Shown: positions 49,401 to 64,000 of the stretch, in pieces | How the letters are laid out: the number at the start of each line of letters is the position of its first letter | How positions within the stretch are numbered: position 1 is the first letter of the stretch | NCBI GenBank assembly: GCA_030704615.1 | Contig: CM060731.1 | Coordinates: 4,216,001 to 4,280,000, forward strand | Source: Takakia lepidozioides | Lineage: Eukaryota; Plantae; Bryophyta | Length of the DNA: 64,000 bases | Direction of reading: 5' to 3' | Position numbers and translations under genes: made by a program | Notes under the pieces: model-generated | What the model saw: only the letters and a program-made list of their open reading frames with translations | The model's database searches: none | Told to the model about the DNA's origin: nothing

Positions 49401-50925
49401 TCATCATGTGCTAGCCTCTCCCATTTGGCCATCCCAGCCTCGACATACTCACGTCTTCGAGCGTCCAATGCAGCCAGAGCTGCAACCTCCTTCACTTCAT
49501 AATCATTGAGAGCAACCTTGTATTTGTTGTAGTCAAGAAGAGCCACGCATTCTTCGTACCGTCCCATGTGGTCGGGAGTGAAACCGGGGCGTATGGCAAA
49601 CAAATTCAATGTCTTCTTCAGAAGCTCCCCCTCATGGGGAGGTCCAGCGTGCTGCCACCACAAACAGGCGCCGGGAAGGACCCCACATTAGCATACAACA
49701 CATTACAATGAATAACAGTGAAAGAAAAAAGGTATGCACCGCAAAACAATATGCCATGGATGCAAAAAAATTGCTTCCTATCCAATTACAAGCAATACAG
49801 TAGAATGAAGACAGTCCCAATTCAAACCCTGCTTTGCAAACACTCTTATTGACAGGGAAGACTGCATGGATACTAAAGTAGCTGTAAAGTCACCCGCATG
49901 CAAACATGTGGGTGGGACAGGGAGGGCGCAGCCGAAAAATGTGCATGAGCATGACATAAATTAAATGCAAGTGGTAGTGACTGAGAGTGAAAAGGGGAAA
50001 TACCATGCGTTTCATGAATCATCTACCGTAGACAGCCCCCATCATACTGCCAGGGAATTCGAGGCTGGCCACCGGCTCTACAAAACGTTCAAAAAAATGA
50101 GGGTTGCCTGGTGAAGCGAACCCATGAGGCAACAAATCGTAGTCCATGAGGTAGCTCAGACCTGGGTGTGATACAACAACTGGTTTGGGTGGAAGAACTA
50201 CATCAAACTGTATTTGCAAAGAAGCTGCTTCAAATGCGTCTCTGGCTTCCTGTCTACTGAGAAGTCCAAGAGACCTTGTGCGTATCAAATCCTCTGGAGT
50301 TGGAGCCACCGTATCATCAGTCTTGGATTTGACCCTGGGTTTTTTGGGTCCCTCCCCCCTAGATGTCGTCTGTTTCTCTGGCAGGACGACTGTGTCCTCT
50401 GTTGTGGTGGACTCCCCTGGCTGAACAGACTGTCTCACATTCTTTGGTGCACGCAAGTTCATCTTCCGCAACTTGGATGGTGGCTCCTCTGCAAATTCGT
50501 CATCACCGTTATGAGGCAGCTCCACCACCTTATCCACCTTATCCACGCCCACCCTATGCGGACACGAGTTTTTGCGCGGCAGGAGTCCGTGCTTGGTGAG
50601 AACACCCTCGTACATCGCCCTCTGGGCCACCTCAAAAATAGGGTACATTTTGAGTTTAGGGGCACCCTTGTACTGAAGAGCATCACATCTGTTTATCCTG
50701 TGAATGTTTAGTTTCTTCTTGTCTGTATAGATCTTATTACAGTATATGCATTTGAAGGGCTTCCGGTTATTAGAACCGGGTTCCTCAACCCTTGCCTTCG
50801 TGTGGGCCTCACAAATCAATTCCTCCCACTCGTCTGATTCGTACACCTCTTGGTACTGCCGACGCGATTCCACCATAGTGATTTTTTCACCATATCGCCA
50901 GAAGAAGTGATGTGCCTCGAGAAGT
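46410..50925 (-). pseudogene. MULE-2 cargo gene: N-terminal C2H2/C2HC-type zinc finger, unassigned LWCG domain, C-terminal Ulp1 SUMO protease; decayed
   Basis: Finger KPFKCIYCNKIYTDKKKLNIHRINRC; central DSIHDFMQQVRHRVVRDLAIFNPASFQALWCG; Ulp1 motifs RGWIRDRVIDFWV, NHWSVVI, VPQHASTWECGLFI and D*FPHK (W->stop). Boundaries are approximate. Confidence 0.78.
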
Positions 50926-51962
50926 TGTTTCCAGAGGCAAAACGAACTCCTGCCATGCGGTTTGGAGTGTGGAAGCGACAGTATGGAAGCAACGCAGTGA
51001 AGGACAGGGAAAACACAATGGAATACCGGCGAGAGCAACAGGGCTGCAAGAAAAAAGACAGTATGTACAGTGAAACCCTAATCGAAAAATGAGGAAGGAC
51101 ATCTACCACGCAGGTACCCCACCAATGGTACATACATGGCACGAGAATTTGAAGAGAAGGCGAATTACAGCAGCGACAGCAGGAAATGAAGAAAATAAAA
51201 ATTCTAAATGTGCACACTGTTCAGGCTACTTCGTTCAGCCCCAGGAAAGGTGTGCAACAGAAAGACAACATAAGGGGGACAACAGGACATGAAACAGTAG
51301 CAATGGTGACACCAACCTGTGAAATCCCTTCGATGGCGGGAGCGTCTCACTTCTTCCTCGATATTCTGCTCTACAGACTGTGGGCGAGGTCGATAGGATT
51401 CGGACTCCACCGTTCGAGCGCCATGAATACTGCAACAAAACGTCTTCAGGAAGGGTGAATCAAAACGTCTCCCATGCGAAGTGTCCCTTCCATCTCTGTG
51501 TACACACCTGTCAAGCACATGGGAAAGTCCCAGGGACAACTGAATGTCTATGGTATGATTGTGCCCTATGATTGCGCTCTACGACGGTGCGTCTATGACG
51601 AGGCATGTGAGGGACATGCATGATGGCTGGGTACAATACAGTAATGCACATGCATTCATGGGGCACGCATGATGATGCGTGAAATACAATCACATGGAGT
51701 TCAATGTGTGACAGTACTTTCGCAAGCCATGGACCCGGCGCGGGGGCGGTGGGTGGAGCGGGAGGGGGTCGCTTGGCGCGGTGACCGCGGGCCGTGGCTT
51801 TGCCGCGAAGGGGGGGGGGGGGGGGGCGGAGGGCGGGGTGGCCACGCGGGCAGGCCCGCTGAGGGAGCATTCAACTCCAGGGCCTCATATATCACTTGCC
51901 CAAAACTAACCAATCTAGGATCACCTATGGCCTGAAGTAGATCGGACAACAGAAAGGTACGT

Positions 51963-52185
51963 CCAACAGTCAGTAGCTCAGTTGGTAAGTGCACTGAGTG
52001 CCACCTAGATGACCCTGGGGTCAAATCCTTGATGGGTGTGGTACGCTCTTCTCCCCCTTCCCTGCGCAGGTGTCGTATCGGAAAGCCTTCACGGCGAGGT
52101 TATTGGGAGGTTATTTTCTTCTCTCTCTATCAAGGGGCATGATTTGTGAGCTGTAGCTTCCACTTAATTTAAAAAAAAAAAAAAA
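51963..52185 (+). mobile_element. tRNA-derived SINE with poly(A) tail and imperfect TSD
   Basis: ccaacagtcagtagctcagttggtaagtgcactgagtgccacc…ggggtcaaatcc, then poly(A); flanks aaaggtacgtc / aaaggtaggtc. Confidence 0.82.
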
Positions 52186-54162
52186 AGGTAGGTCAGCAAG
52201 AGTTGGGAGATGAAGCTAACCGGACCACTCTGCCTGACGGAAAATAGACAGAAAATAGACATAGCTTGTGCCCTTTGTAATGCAATAGGAACTCTATGCC
52301 TAAAGAAGGCTACAAGAACATAGGTTTCCAATGCCTTTGTTTTCTTTTGTATGATGAGCACATGTGCAAAGAAAGTCACCGAACTGAAAATATATACATC
52401 CAAAAATCTTGACAGCTATTGGGAGGAATGTGTTCGTCGAATGACAATCATGGTAATCTCGTTCCTTGCCTTGAGCTGAGCAGCTACCAAAGCCGCCGCT
52501 CACTGTGTTGATGCTGCAGTGCTGCACATGAAGAATAAATCTAACCAAGTAGGATCAGCAAGGACAACGTCGTATGTACGCCAACCATCATCGGAAAAGA
52601 CAATGTTGACACACTGCCTAGTGGAATGGTGATGAAAGGATCTCATAGAACATGGAATCTTGTCGGAATGATCAGCCAGACGTGCTGGGCCGGGAAGAGA
52701 ATAAGCTTGCTTCTTATTCCCCCGGCCTTTGTTCGTAAAGACAACCAGGTGGGGCGGAAGGGAAGAAGAGGCGCGAAGCGAAAAAAAAAATCTATTGGCA
52801 GCTGTATCCCCAATTTTTATTTTTTATTTTTTCTGGCGCGTACCGGGTCCAGCCTCCCCCCACAACGTCTCTCCTTGTGTGTCGAAGATCTAAAGCGAGT
52901 GCACCAAGAATAAAAACGAAAACTGGGATTCAATATGAATATAGCAAAGCATCTGAAGCATAACCACACACTCACACGATCTCGTAGAGAGATAGGAGCA
53001 TTCGGTGGAACCGGTGAACCACGCATCTTTCTGGATAGATGCGTGGGACAGAGGGCTCGTAGTACCTGCTGCCTACCCTTCACTCCGAGAACCGTGTGAA
53101 CGGAGAGTGCCGCTATGAGGCAGAGGGGAAGGGGCCTAAATCGGCGAACTGACGTCGCACACTTGAGCGGTGCGGAGAAGGCTAGTCAAAACCCGTAGGG
53201 GGGAAAAAAAATAAAAATAAAATTGGCCACATCCTACACAATGTCATTAGTCGCAGTGTGCTCCCCATTGAAAGGACATTGAAGAAGATGTACACTAAGT
53301 GAGTCTACAAGTTAGTGACAAACGCATTGTTGTAGGCCTAGTACAAAAGGATGTGGAAGACTGAGTCTAATTTGTGGCAATAACAGCAAACCACAAATGA
53401 AAAGGTGTGATGGCTGATCATACTGCCAGCCCACGCAACCGCATTAGGCCCATCACAAAATAAGAGTCTCGCATGGTGTACATCAGAAGATCCTAAGTGA
53501 GCATGCTGGAAAAGGAATGTTGATGCATGCGTTCCATGATGGTGTCCTGTTAAGTGCTCCAAGCTTTGAGCAACCAACTGTTCCTTACAGGCGTATAGTT
53601 CCCTTTAACTCATGATTTGGGCTCCCTCTCCAGTTTCCATGAGTTCCGTATCCCAGATCTTGTGATTGTCAGATTAGATGAAATGCACTTGTTCCTAAAA
53701 AACACAACCTCATCCACCATCGGAAAAATGTACACTGGGAGCCAGTAATTTCTGCTCCTTTATTGAGAACTCTCATGATGATCTCATAAGGTGAAAACAC
53801 AGAGTTAGGAGGTCTATCCTGAGAAACAAAGATGTGAAGGCAGGAACTGTTTCTTCCTTCCTTCTGTTTGAATTGGGTTCTAATGTTGTTAATGGATGGT
53901 GTAGCAGAGGAATAAGAGGTCAAGGAGGTATAAGAACAATGAAACACAGTGTACATCTCCTCACTATGAAAAGTGAGAGGACTTCTAGTTGTTCCACTCC
54001 CTGTGTGATGAGGTTAGAAGCTGCATGTGTGTAATAAGTAGATAGTAGTGAAGGACTCTGCCAACTTTTCCATCCACTATCCCTTCTGTCATCTTTCTCC
54101 CTGTCTGTCCTTAGTTCTGTCATGGGCTTGTCCTCTTCTTCACTTCAAGCTCCTCTCTCACC

Positions 54163-63860
<9,698 letters not shown>

Positions 63861-64000
63861 TGCGGAGCAAATCAACAATAACTCAGTAAAGGGACCGGCT
63901 TCTATCCACACACATTGCTCATTTCAGAGAGCACGCGCTGGGTCTATTCTATGTTTTTATTGTAAATCCATATTCACACAACAATATGCATGCACATGCT

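Larger units (their letters stand above)
39785..51900. mobile_element. Mutator-like element MULE-2 (12.1 kb), non-autonomous, carrying several cargo genes
   Basis: TIRs of ~260 bp (ggcaagtgatatatgag…gttgaatgctccctcagcgggcctgcc / ggcaggcccgctgagggagcattcaac…ctcatatatcacttgcc). Perfect 9-bp TSD caaaactaa (39776-39784, 51901-51909). Confidence 0.95.

Noticed and set aside
21670-51900. Either MULE being currently autonomous
   Set aside because: The MULE-1 transposase has stops, frameshifts and a missing central region; MULE-2 keeps only an N-terminal stub; and the TIR pairs have diverged.

Overview
Eukaryotic, intron-rich plant nuclear DNA, most likely from a bryophyte-grade land plant (inferred from a nuclear plastid sulfate-binding protein gene). 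Five host genes are supported: an intronless plastid sulfate-binding protein (SBP, -), a head-to-head SYP7 syntaxin (+), an RSH2/3-type RelA/SpoT homologue (+), TMA7 (+), and the 3' part of RRC1/SR140 (-; the 5' end lies beyond the window). About 23 kb is taken up by two large Mutator-like elements (21670-32986 and 39785-51900), each with long TIRs and a perfect 9-bp TSD. Both carry decayed transposases resembling the At4g13970/At1g60560 SWIM family, and both carry a convergent cargo gene joining zinc-finger-like N-terminal modules, a shared domain I cannot assign (…NPxxFxxLWCG…) and a Ulp1 SUMO protease. Each element also carries its own short DNA motif, repeated densely throughout MULE-1 and in local clusters in MULE-2. 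Together this is a candidate sequence-targeted, deSUMOylase-based anti-silencing system (hypothesis). The window also contains hAT-like MITEs, one foldback element with a 6-bp TSD, tRNA-derived SINEs and a minisatellite duplication. All calls were made by eye without database searches.
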